This document shows, piece by piece, positions 29,976 to 40,861 of a DNA stretch of 64,000 bases. Position numbers and translations under genes: made by a program. How positions within the stretch are numbered: position 1 is the first letter of the stretch; each line of letters begins with the position of its first letter. This stretch comes from Oscillospiraceae bacterium (lineage in GTDB: Bacteria > Bacillota > Clostridia > Oscillospirales > Ruminococcaceae), in the NCBI GenBank assembly GCA_017465665.1, contig JAFTVU010000069.1, forward strand, positions 1,235 to 65,234, read 5' to 3'. The notes beneath the pieces are model-generated. The model was not told where the DNA came from. It saw nothing but the letters and a program-made list of their open reading frames with translations, and made no database searches.

Positions 29976-30483
29976 TGTGTGTTATCTTTATGCGGAGCTG
30001 GTTCGGCACCTCCTGCATAATTGCCTCCCTTGTTTTTTCGTTGGGATTGAATATCAGCATTACCTTACCGTAAGCACCGTGCTGTGCCAGCAGATAGTGT
30101 GCGTCCTTTTCGTATCCTGTGGTTGCGTGTACCGTAGCATCAACCTTGATATCATCGGCAGCAGGGTAGGGCGCAAAGTCTTCGGCGGAGCGGAGATCTA
30201 TTGTGATAAGTCTCTTGCGCTTGCGTCTGCCGATGATCTTATCGATATCCATTTCATCATTTGTGATTATGTACTCATATTCCACGTCCATATTGCTGAC
30301 AAGGTAAACACCGAGACCAAGTACACCAAAAACCAGCAGTATGAGTGTATAAGCAGCAAATACGATAGAAAGCCACATAAGCAGAGTGGCAATAAGTATA
30401 GCGCCGACAGATATAAGTATTTTTTTTGCTTTATCACCGCCTGTAGGAGTGCGGGTAACAAGCTGTTCCGAATAGGTATCCAT
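29965..30483 (-). CDS. Conserved 2-TM membrane protein (DUF6106-like)
   Basis: EYEY..TN.E.D.DKI..R.KRK motif after two TM helices. Confidence 0.75.
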   Translation of the reverse strand: MDTYSEQLVTRTPTGGDKAKKILISVGAILIATLLMWLSIVFAAYTLILLVFGVLGLGVYLVSNMDVEYEYIITNDEMDIDKIIGRRKRKRLITIDLRSAEDFAPYPAADDIKVDATVHATTGYEKDAHYLLAQHGAYGKVMLIFNPNEKTREAIMQEVPNQLRIKITHNAK

Positions 30484-30761
30484 TAAAATTGCTCCTTGAA
30501 AAATGCTGTATATCAGTATTTTAAGCTATACTGATATTCGTTGATATAGGTAGAATTATACCACAAATAAATAAAAAAAGCAATAGCTTTTTTATGTAAT
30601 TCGCATAAAATTTTGTGAAAATTGTGTTGAAAAATCGGAAGCAGATAAAAAAGTTGTGATAAATCATAAATGGTATTGCTTTTTTTGTGCATATTTGATA
30701 TAATAAAATAGTACGTTTATACGCAGATATTAACATTATTATATAATGGGGGTATATATCA

Positions 30762-31550
30762 ATGCCTTGCTTTGCAGATAAAAAACGAATCGTTATCAAG
30801 GTAGGAAGCTCTACTCTTGCCTATTCTACAGGTCACCTTAATATAAGAAAATGCTATGAGCTGATAGAGGTCATGTCCGATCTCAAAAATTCGGGAAAAG
30901 AGATCGTCTTTGTAACGTCAGGAGCGCAGGGCGTCGGCGCTGCGAGAGCGGGACTTCCGTGCAAGCCCACTGATATGCCCGGTAAGCAGGCATGCGCCGC
31001 TATCGGTCAGTCCGAGCTTATGACTTTCTACAGCGAGAACTTCGGTAAGTTCAACCATAAGGTAGCTCAGCTTCTGCTTACGCGTGATGTTATCTCCAAC
31101 AAGGAGCGTAAGTTCAATGTTGTCAACACCTTTGACAAGCTGTTTGAAATGGGCATTATACCTATTATAAATGCAAATGACGCTGTTTCCATCAAGCAGC
31201 TTGATTTTGATGAGAATGACACGCTTTCCGCAATCGTTGCTTCGTTGTGTGAGGCTGATCTGCTTATCATGCTGACCGATGTTGACGGTCTGTATGACGG
31301 CGATCCAAAGCTTCCTGAGTCTAAGCTCATCCGTGAAGTGGACGCCATCACACCTGAGATAATCTCGGTTGCACAGGGCGCAGGAAGTGCACTTGGCTCA
31401 GGCGGTATGCTTACAAAGATAGAGGCTGCAAAGATCGCTACCGAAGCCGGTATTGATACAGTTATCATTAATGGCGACAGCCCCCTGAAGCTTTATGAGC
31501 TGTTTGAGGGTGACGCTGTGTGTACATATTTCAGGAAAAAGGAGCAGTAA
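30762..31550 (+). CDS. proB: Glutamate 5-kinase (no PUA domain)
   Basis: VIKVGSS, VTSGA, AAIGQ, ENDTLSA, GGMLTK. Confidence 0.95.
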   Translation: MPCFADKKRIVIKVGSSTLAYSTGHLNIRKCYELIEVMSDLKNSGKEIVFVTSGAQGVGAARAGLPCKPTDMPGKQACAAIGQSELMTFYSENFGKFNHKVAQLLLTRDVISNKERKFNVVNTFDKLFEMGIIPIINANDAVSIKQLDFDENDTLSAIVASLCEADLLIMLTDVDGLYDGDPKLPESKLIREVDAITPEIISVAQGAGSALGSGGMLTKIEAAKIATEAGIDTVIINGDSPLKLYELFEGDAVCTYFRKKEQ

Positions 31551-31554
31551 GGCT

Positions 31555-32799
31555 ATGGAGTACATTGAAGAACTTGGCTTAAAGGCAAAGGCTGCTGAGC
31601 CTGTTATAATATCCCTTAAGGTTTCAGAGAAGAATGCCGTTCTGGCTGAGATAGCAAAGCGCCTGAGACGTGACAGTGCCGCTCTTATCGAAGCAAACCG
31701 ACTTGATATCGAAGCGGCTGAGAAGAACGGTATGTCTAAGGCTATGATAGATCGTCTTACTCTTACTCCCGAGCGTATCGAGGGTATGGCTGACGGTGTG
31801 GATACAGTGATCGCATTACCCGATCCCGTGGGTGCTGTTATCGGTGGCAGCGAGCTTGCAAACGGTCTGCGCGTTGTGAAGAAGCGTGTTCCTATCGGAA
31901 CTATCGGAATCATATTTGAATCCCGTCCCAATGTTACCGTGGATGCGGCTGCTCTTTGTTTCAAGGCAGGCAATACAGTTATCCTGCGCGGCGGCAGTGA
32001 CGCAATTAATTCCAACAAGGCTCTTGTTTCGCTCATGCGCGGCGCAATAAAGGATTGCGGCTTTGATGAGAATGCAGTACAGCTCGTTGAGGATACTTCC
32101 CGTTCTGTAGCCAACGCAATGATGAAGCTGAACAAGTATATCGATCTGCTTATTCCCCGTGGCGGCGGCGGACTTATCCGCGCAGTTATAGAGAATGCAA
32201 CTATCCCTGTAATTCAGACAGGTGAGGGTAATTGTCATGTATATGTTGACGCTTCTGCCGATATCGATATGGCTGTCAGCATTGTAAACAATGCAAAAAC
32301 TCAGCGTCCCTCCGTATGTAATGCGATAGAGAATATCCTCGTTCATAAGGATATTGCTCCTGCTTTCTTCGCAAAGCTCGATGAGCTCTGGCAGGGTAAG
32401 ATCAAGGTAGTAGGCGATGAGGCTACAGCTTCCTATATCGGAGTAGAGAAGATAGCTGAGGATGCCGATTATGCTACCGAGTTCCTTGATTACAAGCTCT
32501 CCTCCAGGGTCGTTAATGACGTGAATGAGGCAATTTCTCACATCAATCGTTTTGGAACTAAGCACAGTGAATGTATCGTCACATCTGATATAAAAAATGC
32601 AGATCTGTTCCAGAAGATGGTGGATGCGGCTGCTGTATATGTAAACGCAAGCACAAGGTTCACAGATGGCTTTGAGTTCGGTCTGGGTGCGGAGATAGGT
32701 ATTTCCACGCAGAAGCTGCACGCAAGAGGGCCTATGGGACTTGAAGCGCTTACCACATATAAGTATCTGATCAACGGCGACGGTCAGATAAGGGGCTAA
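31555..32799 (+). CDS. proA: Gamma-glutamyl phosphate reductase
   Basis: FESRPNVT, VCNAIE, NASTRFTDG, HARGPMG; start MEYIEE after RBS. Confidence 0.95.
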   Translation: MEYIEELGLKAKAAEPVIISLKVSEKNAVLAEIAKRLRRDSAALIEANRLDIEAAEKNGMSKAMIDRLTLTPERIEGMADGVDTVIALPDPVGAVIGGSELANGLRVVKKRVPIGTIGIIFESRPNVTVDAAALCFKAGNTVILRGGSDAINSNKALVSLMRGAIKDCGFDENAVQLVEDTSRSVANAMMKLNKYIDLLIPRGGGGLIRAVIENATIPVIQTGEGNCHVYVDASADIDMAVSIVNNAKTQRPSVCNAIENILVHKDIAPAFFAKLDELWQGKIKVVGDEATASYIGVEKIAEDADYATEFLDYKLSSRVVNDVNEAISHINRFGTKHSECIVTSDIKNADLFQKMVDAAAVYVNASTRFTDGFEFGLGAEIGISTQKLHARGPMGLEALTTYKYLINGDGQIRG

Positions 32800-32814
32800 C
32801 CGAAAGGAAGATAT

Positions 32815-33639
32815 ATGGCAAGAAGAAAAAGAAATTCCGCACCGAAGGAGAAAAAGCAGAATGGTGAAAAGGTGATAGATCAGCTTTTCGGTTCTCTTGA
32901 CGCTGAGGATATCGAGGATGATATAGCGGAGCTGGGCGGCAACGAGCCTGCGGAAGTACCTGCGCTGCCTGAGCCTGTCAAGAAAAAGAGATTCTTCTTT
33001 GGCTTTGCTGTATTTGTGATAATAATGGCGATTGTCGGCTGTGTCTCCACTGTTAGATTCGCAGTTGATATGACAGGAAAGCTGCTGGACAATACATCTC
33101 TTAAAAACGAGTTTGCACAGTTTATTTTCCCGATGGTGGTAAACGATATCGCACCGTTTGACAGCATTGATGAGATACCCAATACCTCTAAGATCACCTG
33201 TGCTATCTGGAATATACTGCTCACTAAGGATACCACTCCTTACGAGGATGGTCTCGGCGGTCTGCTCATACCTGAGTATGATGTTATGGCGTCCTGCAAG
33301 GAGATGTTCGGAAGCACTGTTGTTATGGAGCATCAGTCTGTAGGCACGGGCGAGGTAAGGTTCTCCTATGACGAAGAAAAGCACCTTTACTGGGTCCAGA
33401 AGAATATCCGTTATCTGACGTATGCTCCTGCCATCGTTGAAATGGAGCAGGTAGACGGAAACTACAGGCTTATCGTAGGTTATCTTCCTCCGTCGCTTGC
33501 TACGGTATCAGGTATCAGCGGTATGGAGGTATCGCCCGATAAGTACCGTATCTACACTATCAACAGATGGGATGGTAAGAATACCCTACTTTCTGTTGAG
33601 TTCTGCAATGATTACGAGCCTGCCACAGATGATAGATAA
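32815..33639 (+). CDS. Hypothetical single-TM membrane protein
   Basis: RBS GAAAGGA; acidic N-terminus, one TM helix. Confidence 0.8.
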   Translation: MARRKRNSAPKEKKQNGEKVIDQLFGSLDAEDIEDDIAELGGNEPAEVPALPEPVKKKRFFFGFAVFVIIMAIVGCVSTVRFAVDMTGKLLDNTSLKNEFAQFIFPMVVNDIAPFDSIDEIPNTSKITCAIWNILLTKDTTPYEDGLGGLLIPEYDVMASCKEMFGSTVVMEHQSVGTGEVRFSYDEEKHLYWVQKNIRYLTYAPAIVEMEQVDGNYRLIVGYLPPSLATVSGISGMEVSPDKYRIYTINRWDGKNTLLSVEFCNDYEPATDDR

Positions 33640-33763
33640 CAGTATTGCATTTTATGGCAATTTGTGATATACTGATATATTGGCATGGCAGATCATCGTT
33701 AATAAATAATGCCGCATGGCAAAAAAATAAATATTTCCGTTCAGGAAGGATTGGTCAATAAAA

Positions 33764-34783
33764 ATGAAAGAACAGTTACAAAGCATTAAGGAAACGGCTC
33801 TCGCCGCTATTGAAGCCTGCTCCGATCTCAAGGAGATGGACGCTCTGCGTGTTAAGTTCCTCGGCAAGAAGGGTGAGCTTACGGCTATCCTGAAGCAGAT
33901 GGGCGGACTTTCCGCTGAGGAGCGCCCTGTTATCGGTCAGCTTGCAAATGATGTACGAGCTGCTATCGAGGATGCTATCAAGACAAAGTCTGATGCGCTG
34001 AAGTCAGCAGAGACCGAGAAGCGTCTTGCAGCAGAGGCTCTCGATGTTACAATGCCAGGCAAGAAGCTTTCTGTCGGCAGACGTCATCCTATGAACATCG
34101 TTCTGGATGAGCTTAAGGAGATATTCCGTGGCATGGGTTATACAGTTGTAGACGGCCCTGAGGTAGAGACCACGAACTTCTGTTTTGATATGCTTCTCAC
34201 AAAGGAAGGACATCCTGCACGTGATCCCCAGGATACATTCTATATCACTGATGATGTTATCCTCAGAACCCAGACCTCCTCTGTACAGATCAGACAGATG
34301 CTCAAGCAGAAGCCTCCTTTTGCTATCATCAGCCCGGGTCGTGTATACAGACGCGATGAAGTAGACGCAACACATTCGCCTATCTTCCATCAGTGTGAGG
34401 GCCTTGTTGTTGATAAGAATCTTACCTTTGCAGATCTCAAGGGCACACTTGAGGAGTTTGCAAAGCGTCTTTACGGCGAGGATATGAAGCTGAAGTTCAG
34501 ACCTCATCACTTCCCGTACACTGAGCCCAGCTGTGAGATCGACTTCCAGTGCTTCCGCTGCGGCGGCAAGGGCTGTCCCATGTGTAAGGGCGAGGGCTGG
34601 ATCGAGATCCTCGGCGCAGGCGTTGTTCGTCCTGAGGTACTGGAGAACTGCGGCATCGATTCCGAGGAATACACTGGTTTTGCATTTGGTATCGGTATTG
34701 AGCGTATCACAATGCTCAGATACGAGATTGATGATATGCGCTATATCTACGAGAATGATATGCGCTTCCTGAAGCAGTTCTGA
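33764..34783 (+). CDS. pheS: Phenylalanine-tRNA ligase alpha subunit
   Basis: HPAR..DTFY, LRTQTS, GRVYR, FPYTEPS, GFAFGIGIER. Confidence 0.97.
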   Translation: MKEQLQSIKETALAAIEACSDLKEMDALRVKFLGKKGELTAILKQMGGLSAEERPVIGQLANDVRAAIEDAIKTKSDALKSAETEKRLAAEALDVTMPGKKLSVGRRHPMNIVLDELKEIFRGMGYTVVDGPEVETTNFCFDMLLTKEGHPARDPQDTFYITDDVILRTQTSSVQIRQMLKQKPPFAIISPGRVYRRDEVDATHSPIFHQCEGLVVDKNLTFADLKGTLEEFAKRLYGEDMKLKFRPHHFPYTEPSCEIDFQCFRCGGKGCPMCKGEGWIEILGAGVVRPEVLENCGIDSEEYTGFAFGIGIERITMLRYEIDDMRYIYENDMRFLKQF

Positions 34784-34831
34784 TATCACATACAGTGTAA
34801 CTGATACTTAATATTAAGGAGATAGATAAAA

Positions 34832-37219
34832 GTGGATCTTTCAATGAAATGGCTTAACGATTATGTTAAGACCGATATGCCAATAAAGGATTTCTGCGAT
34901 GGAATGACAATGAGCGGAAGCAAGGTCGAGACCTATTCCGTTCAGGGCGCCGATATTACCAACGTTGTTGTCGGCAAATGTGTAGAGATGGAAAAGCATC
35001 CCGATGCCGATTCTCTCTGGGTTTGTAAGGTCGATGTAGGCGCTGAGGCTCCCGTTCAGATCGTTACCTCCGCACAGAATGTTTTCGTGGGTGCATTTCT
35101 TCCTGTTGCACTTCACAATGCAACCTGCTACAATCATAAAGATATGAGCTTTATGAAGATAAAGAAAGGCAATATGAGAGGCGTTCGCAGTGAGGGCATG
35201 ATGTGCTCTTACGAGGAACTCAACCTCACACTTGCCGATGTTCCTTATTCTTCTGCTGACGGTATTCTCATCCTCAATGATGATCCTGATTTCGATAAGA
35301 TGACCGTTGGTATGGATATCCATGACGCTCTTGGCTTCAACGATACCACTGTTGAGTTTGAGATCACCAATAACAGACCTGATTGCCTCTCCGTTCTCGG
35401 TCTGGCAAGAGAGGCATCTGCAACCTTTGATCTGCCTTACAATTATGTAGAGCCTAAGTTCACAGGTGTAGATGGCAAGGCAACTGATTATATCAGCGTT
35501 GATGTAAAGAATGCTTCTCTGTGCTCCAGATACATGGCAGCAGTTGTAAAGAATGTAAAGATAGGACCTTCTCCGCGCTGGATGGTAGAACGCCTGAATG
35601 CAAGTGGTGTAAGAGCTATCAATAATTTTGTAGATATCACAAACTTCGTAATGCTGGAATATGGTCATCCCATGCACGCATTTGATCTGCGTTATGTGGA
35701 GGATTCAAAGATAGTTGTACGTAACGCCGATGCAGGCGAGAAGATCACGATCCTTGACGGTTCAGAGATCGAGCTGAGCCCCGAGATGCTGATAATCGCT
35801 GACGGCAAGAAGCCTATCGCTGTTGCAGGCGTTATGGGCGGCGAGTACAGCGGTATCATGGAGGATACCAACACTGTAGTTTTCGAAGCAGCTTGCTTCG
35901 ATGGCGTATCCGTAAGACTTACAGCAAAGAAGATCAACAAGCGTACAGACGCATCCTCCCGTTTTGAAAAGGGTCTTGATCCCATCAATGCAAAGCCTGC
36001 TCTTATGAGAGCACTCGAGCTGGTTGAAATGCTCGGCTGCGGCGAGGTTGTCCGTGAATATATCGATGTGGATAATGCTAACAAGCAGCCTCAGAAGCTG
36101 AAGCATGACGCTCAGTGGATAAACGAGCATCTCGGTATCGAGATCCCCGAGCAGCAGCAGATAGACATCTTCAAGAAGCTCGGCTTCGGTTATGAGGATG
36201 GCAGCGTTATCGTTCCCAATACAAGAATCGATATCGTACGTCAGTGTGACCTTGCAGAGGAAGTTGCAAGAATTTATGGATATAATAAGATACCCTCTAC
36301 GGTTCCCAAGCTGTCTGCAAACAGTAAGGTAACTCCCGAGCAGCATTTCGAGAAGAAGATGGTCGATATCATGGTTGCACAGGGCTTCTATGAGACCATG
36401 ACATTCAGCTTCATCTCTCCCAAGTCCTATGAGAAGCTCAACTTTTGTGATGATAAGAAGTCCAGTGTTGTTCTTACAAATCCTCTCGGCGAGGACACAA
36501 GCGTAATGAGGACATCCATGCTTCCCTCTATGATGACAGTCGTTTCCACAAACGTTGCAAGCAGAAATCTTTCTGCACGTCTGTTTGAGGTCGGACGTAT
36601 ATTCACTCCCACAGATGATAAACTTCCTGTAGAGAATGATGTAATGGGATTCTGTGCTTATGGTGCAGATGAAGATTTCTACACTATAAAGGGCGTTATC
36701 GAGGAGCTGCTCGAGGATATGGTCATTGACGCACGCTTTGTTCCTGTTAAGGATAACAAGACATTCCATCCGGGCAGATGTGCTGATATCGTGGTGAATG
36801 GTACGGTTATCGGTACTTTCGGCGAGGTTCATCCCTCTGTTGCTGAAAAGTACGATGTTTCCTGCCGTGTATATGCCGGTGAGCTCTGGCTTGCTCCCAT
36901 GTTTGAGGCTCAGGGCGCTGAACGCAAGTACAAGGCTCTGCCCAAGTATCCTGCAATGACCCGTGACCTCAGCCTGCTTTGTGATGAGGATGTTACATCC
37001 GATACTATCATTGATATTATCAAGGCTAGTGCGAAGTATCTGGAGAGCGTATCGGTATTTGATATGTACAAGGGTGAGCAGGTTCCTGCAGGTAAGAAGA
37101 GCCTGTCTTACAAGATGGTTCTCCGTAAGGACGGTACAATGACAGATGAAGAGGCTGACAGCTCCGTAGAGCGTGTGCTTAAGGCTCTTGCAGAAAAGGA
37201 TATAGTTCTCAGAACATAA
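34832..37219 (+). CDS. pheT: Phenylalanine-tRNA ligase beta subunit
   Basis: HPDADSL, NRPDCLS, DITNFV, DLAEEVARIYGY, C-terminal FDX-ACB. Confidence 0.97.
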   Translation: MDLSMKWLNDYVKTDMPIKDFCDGMTMSGSKVETYSVQGADITNVVVGKCVEMEKHPDADSLWVCKVDVGAEAPVQIVTSAQNVFVGAFLPVALHNATCYNHKDMSFMKIKKGNMRGVRSEGMMCSYEELNLTLADVPYSSADGILILNDDPDFDKMTVGMDIHDALGFNDTTVEFEITNNRPDCLSVLGLAREASATFDLPYNYVEPKFTGVDGKATDYISVDVKNASLCSRYMAAVVKNVKIGPSPRWMVERLNASGVRAINNFVDITNFVMLEYGHPMHAFDLRYVEDSKIVVRNADAGEKITILDGSEIELSPEMLIIADGKKPIAVAGVMGGEYSGIMEDTNTVVFEAACFDGVSVRLTAKKINKRTDASSRFEKGLDPINAKPALMRALELVEMLGCGEVVREYIDVDNANKQPQKLKHDAQWINEHLGIEIPEQQQIDIFKKLGFGYEDGSVIVPNTRIDIVRQCDLAEEVARIYGYNKIPSTVPKLSANSKVTPEQHFEKKMVDIMVAQGFYETMTFSFISPKSYEKLNFCDDKKSSVVLTNPLGEDTSVMRTSMLPSMMTVVSTNVASRNLSARLFEVGRIFTPTDDKLPVENDVMGFCAYGADEDFYTIKGVIEELLEDMVIDARFVPVKDNKTFHPGRCADIVVNGTVIGTFGEVHPSVAEKYDVSCRVYAGELWLAPMFEAQGAERKYKALPKYPAMTRDLSLLCDEDVTSDTIIDIIKASAKYLESVSVFDMYKGEQVPAGKKSLSYKMVLRKDGTMTDEEADSSVERVLKALAEKDIVLRT

Positions 37220-37233
37220 TAGGAGGAGATCAG

Positions 37234-38451
37234 ATGGCATTCAGTTTTAAAAAGATCACAGCTGCAGCAATCGCTGCGGTATGTGCAGCTTCTATGACAG
37301 GCTGTATGGATACAGGTTATATCGGTACAGTTGATGGCATGGAGATAAGAAACGGCATTTATCTTTGGTGTATGCAGACCGCTTACGGCGATGGCTACAC
37401 CGAGGTGACCGAGGTCAAGGAGGAGGCAGGAGACACCTCCGAGATTTCTGATATTTTCGTTGAAACTATCGATGGCAAGCCTGCTAACGAATGGATCAAG
37501 GAAAATGCGGTTGTTGAGCTCAGACGTTACGTTGCAGTAAACCGCCTCTTTGAGGAGAATGGTCTTGCTCTTACTGCTGAGGAAAATGCAGATATTCAGG
37601 AGTATGTAAACAGTATCTGGGACAATGAGGATATGTATGCACAGTATATCTATGGCACAAAGACTATGGGCGAGTATTATGAGTCCATCGGTATGGGCAT
37701 GGATACTATAAGGGATGTATACACTACAAATCAGAAAGAGGCAAAGCTGCTGGAGGCTCTTTATTCCGAGGGTGGCTCCAAGGCTCTTTCCGATGAGCAG
37801 ATAAATAGTTTCCTCACAGAGAATATTGCTAACGTTAAGTATATCGAGCTGCCTTTCAAGGATATGTACGGTCTTTCTCTTTCTACCGATGAGGAAAAGG
37901 CTGAGGTAGTAGCAAAGGCTCAGGGTTATGTTGACCGTTTCAACGGTGGCGAAAGCTTCATTGAGATCAGATATGACTATGATCTTGAAAATGCACAGAA
38001 TGACGCTATGATCGAGCAGGAGGCTGCATTTGAGGCAATGACATATGATGTTCCCACTGAGGAAGAGTGGGACAAGGCAATGGAAGAAGCAAAGGCAAGC
38101 GCTACTGCTGACAAGGTTGAAACTGTTGAGGAACTTGAAGTTGCAGTAAATAAGGAGTCTTCTAACCTTAATGAGGAGCTTACTGAGTTCATCTGGAACA
38201 TGGCAATTGACGGCAAGGCTTATCTGCTTGAAACAGATAATGCAGCTTATATGGTAGTTCGCGATGATATCACAACAAAGGAAGCATGGAAGAACGATAA
38301 CAAGGCAGCTATTCTTGATGAGATGGTTGGCGAGGAGTTTGATGCTTACCTTATTGAAGTTGGTGCATCCTATACTGTTGAGCTGGATGATAATCTTATA
38401 AATAAGAAGTACTCTCCCGATAGCTACAAGGCTTTTAACAGAGAGGATTAA
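37234..38451 (+). CDS. Acidic lipoprotein, PrsA/SurA foldase-like
   Basis: Lipobox MTGC; GTVDG.EI..G.Y; VKYIELP..GGESF. Confidence 0.6.
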   Translation: MAFSFKKITAAAIAAVCAASMTGCMDTGYIGTVDGMEIRNGIYLWCMQTAYGDGYTEVTEVKEEAGDTSEISDIFVETIDGKPANEWIKENAVVELRRYVAVNRLFEENGLALTAEENADIQEYVNSIWDNEDMYAQYIYGTKTMGEYYESIGMGMDTIRDVYTTNQKEAKLLEALYSEGGSKALSDEQINSFLTENIANVKYIELPFKDMYGLSLSTDEEKAEVVAKAQGYVDRFNGGESFIEIRYDYDLENAQNDAMIEQEAAFEAMTYDVPTEEEWDKAMEEAKASATADKVETVEELEVAVNKESSNLNEELTEFIWNMAIDGKAYLLETDNAAYMVVRDDITTKEAWKNDNKAAILDEMVGEEFDAYLIEVGASYTVELDDNLINKKYSPDSYKAFNRED

Positions 38452-38505
38452 TAACGATCTGCCGCTTGCGCTTCGCGTAGGCGGCATGGTATATTCGGAG
38501 CTTTT

Positions 38506-38940
38506 ATGATTAGAGAGATAACAAAGCAGGATCTTAACGGACTTTTGGAGCTGTACACTTATCTGCACGATAATCCGATCCCTGAGATGTCATCAGAGCT
38601 TACAGCTATTTGGGAACGTATTATCAGTGACAGATCACATCATATCATCGTTGCTGAGGTGGATGGACGCATACTCGCGTCCTGTGTTTGTGTGATCATT
38701 CCTAATCTCACGCACGGACAGCGTCCCTATGCGTTTGTAGAGAATGTAGTCACTCATCCCGATCATCGTAAAAAAGGTCTTGCAACAGCCTGCCTTGATC
38801 ATGCAAGGGCGCTGGCACAAAAGGAAAACTGTTACAAGATAATGCTGCTTACAGGCTCCAAAGAAGAAAGCACGCTTCGGTTTTATGAGCGTGCAGGATA
38901 CAACAGCAAGGACAAGACCGCTTTTATACAGTGGTTGTAA
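38506..38940 (+). CDS. GNAT acetyltransferase
   Basis: VENVVTHPDHRKKGLAT, FYERAGY. Confidence 0.92.
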   Translation: MIREITKQDLNGLLELYTYLHDNPIPEMSSELTAIWERIISDRSHHIIVAEVDGRILASCVCVIIPNLTHGQRPYAFVENVVTHPDHRKKGLATACLDHARALAQKENCYKIMLLTGSKEESTLRFYERAGYNSKDKTAFIQWL

Positions 38941-38956
38941 TGTCCTGAGGTGATTT

Positions 38957-40861
38957 ATGTTACTTATGAGTTTAAATGATGTCGCTATGTCATTTGCTGA
39001 CAGGGAACTGTTTTCAGGAGTGACATTTGACGTCTATGATGATGACAGGATCGGCTTTGTCGGTGTGAACGGCTGCGGCAAGACCACGCTGTTCCGCCTG
39101 CTAAAAGGCGAGCACACTCCCGATGAGGGAGGAATACACATAGCCGGTTCCTGTAAGATGGGCTTTATGGAGCAGTTTTCCTGCCGCAATTCCGACAGGA
39201 CAGTGCTTGACGAGGCTCTCACCATATTTGACTGGCTGGAGGACATGGAGCTTGAGCTAGAAGAGCTGCATGACAAGATCGACCAGGGAGATCACAGCAC
39301 CGAAACTATAGAGCGCCAGACCTTACTTACAGAGCGCTTTGAACGCGAGGGCGGACTCACTTACAAGAGCCGCACTGCATCTGCGCTTGCAGGATTAGGC
39401 TTCACAGAGAGCGATTTCAAGCTGTCTGTGGGTGTTCTCAGTGGAGGTCAGAAATCAAAGCTTCAGCTTGCAAAGCTGCTTTTGTCGGACGCAAATCTAC
39501 TGCTTCTTGACGAGCCTACGAACCACCTTGATATCAAGTCGGTGGAATGGCTCGAAAGATTTCTGAATGATTACCGCGGCGCTTATATCGTCATCTCTCA
39601 TGACCGTTACTTCCTCGATAAAGTAACGAATCGCACACTGGAGCTGGAAAATTGCCATCTTGACGATTACAAGGGCGGATACACGCGCTTCCTCGAACTC
39701 AAGGCGGAGGAAATGGAACGCCGCCGCAAGGTGTATGACAGCACCGTTAAGGAGATAAAGCGCATTGAGGGTATAATCGATCAGCAGAAGCGCTGGAATC
39801 AAGCGCACAATTATGTCACGATAGCAAGCAAGCAGAAGTCTATCGACAGGCTTGAAGCTACGCTTGTACGTCCCGAAGATGCTCCTGATGCATTGAAATT
39901 CAATTTCAAGAGCGCTGACGGCTGCGGAAACGATGTGTTCCACGCAAGCAATATTGGACTTTGTTTTGATGGAAAAAGGCTTTTCCGCAATGTAAATATC
40001 GATATCAAAAAAGGGGAGAGGGTATTTCTTCTCGGCAGCAACGGCTGCGGCAAGACCTCTCTGTTCAAGATATTTACGGAGCAGTACACTGCCGATACAG
40101 GTGATTTCAATTACGGAACACGTGTGCGGATGGGCTATTTCGATCAGGCGCAGGCAGGGCTTACAGATTCTAAGCGTGCTATCGACGAGATATGGGATAT
40201 GTACCCCCGTATGACAGAAACACAGGTCAGAACGGCTCTCGGCTCGTTCCTGTTCAAGGGCGATGATGTGTTCAAGCAGGTGTCTGAGCTGAGCGGCGGC
40301 GAGCGAGCGCGTATTGCAATATTGAAGCTCATGCTGTCTGGCGCTAATTTCCTGCTGCTGGACGAGCCAACCAACCATCTCGATATAACCTCCTGTGAGG
40401 CTCTGGAAAACGCACTGCTGAATTATGACGGTACGATGTTCATTATCTCCCATGACCGTTATCTTATCAATAAGCTTGCAGACAGGATATATTATCTTAC
40501 TCCTGATGGAGTTAAGGAATACCTCGGCTCTTATGATGCGTATACGCTCACACTCCAGAATACACAGGAGCAGCAGGCGGCAGTTAAGCCGCAGAAAACA
40601 GAAAAGGTAAACGAATATAAGCTGAAAAAAGAGCGTGAATCAGAGCGCCGCAAGCTGAATACAAAGATAACCCGTGCGGAAAAGGAGATAGAAGAGCTGG
40701 ATGCACTCATCGAGCAGAAGACAAATGAGCTTTCGGGGCTTACTGACTATCAGCTTGCAATGGAATTATCCAATGAAATAGAGGAGTTGCGCACTAAGCA
40801 GGAAGAAGCGATGACAGTCTGGGAGGAAGCGTCCCTGGCTCTGGAGGAGTTTGATATATGA
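38957..40861 (+). CDS. ABC-F family ATPase
   Basis: Two ABC domains (GVNGCGKTT/LSGGQ; GSNGCGKTS/LSGGE), DEPTNHLD twice, no TM. Confidence 0.95.
   Translation: MLLMSLNDVAMSFADRELFSGVTFDVYDDDRIGFVGVNGCGKTTLFRLLKGEHTPDEGGIHIAGSCKMGFMEQFSCRNSDRTVLDEALTIFDWLEDMELELEELHDKIDQGDHSTETIERQTLLTERFEREGGLTYKSRTASALAGLGFTESDFKLSVGVLSGGQKSKLQLAKLLLSDANLLLLDEPTNHLDIKSVEWLERFLNDYRGAYIVISHDRYFLDKVTNRTLELENCHLDDYKGGYTRFLELKAEEMERRRKVYDSTVKEIKRIEGIIDQQKRWNQAHNYVTIASKQKSIDRLEATLVRPEDAPDALKFNFKSADGCGNDVFHASNIGLCFDGKRLFRNVNIDIKKGERVFLLGSNGCGKTSLFKIFTEQYTADTGDFNYGTRVRMGYFDQAQAGLTDSKRAIDEIWDMYPRMTETQVRTALGSFLFKGDDVFKQVSELSGGERARIAILKLMLSGANFLLLDEPTNHLDITSCEALENALLNYDGTMFIISHDRYLINKLADRIYYLTPDGVKEYLGSYDAYTLTLQNTQEQQAAVKPQKTEKVNEYKLKKERESERRKLNTKITRAEKEIEELDALIEQKTNELSGLTDYQLAMELSNEIEELRTKQEEAMTVWEEASLALEEFDI

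Noticed and set aside
33640-33763. T-box leader before pheS
   Set aside because: Only ~120 bp including the promoter; no T-box motif or terminator seen
38460-38487. GC-rich hairpin TGCCGCTTGCGC-ttc-GCGTAGGCGGCA without U tract
   Set aside because: Single hairpin, likely an mRNA stability element or weak terminator; no second copy seen
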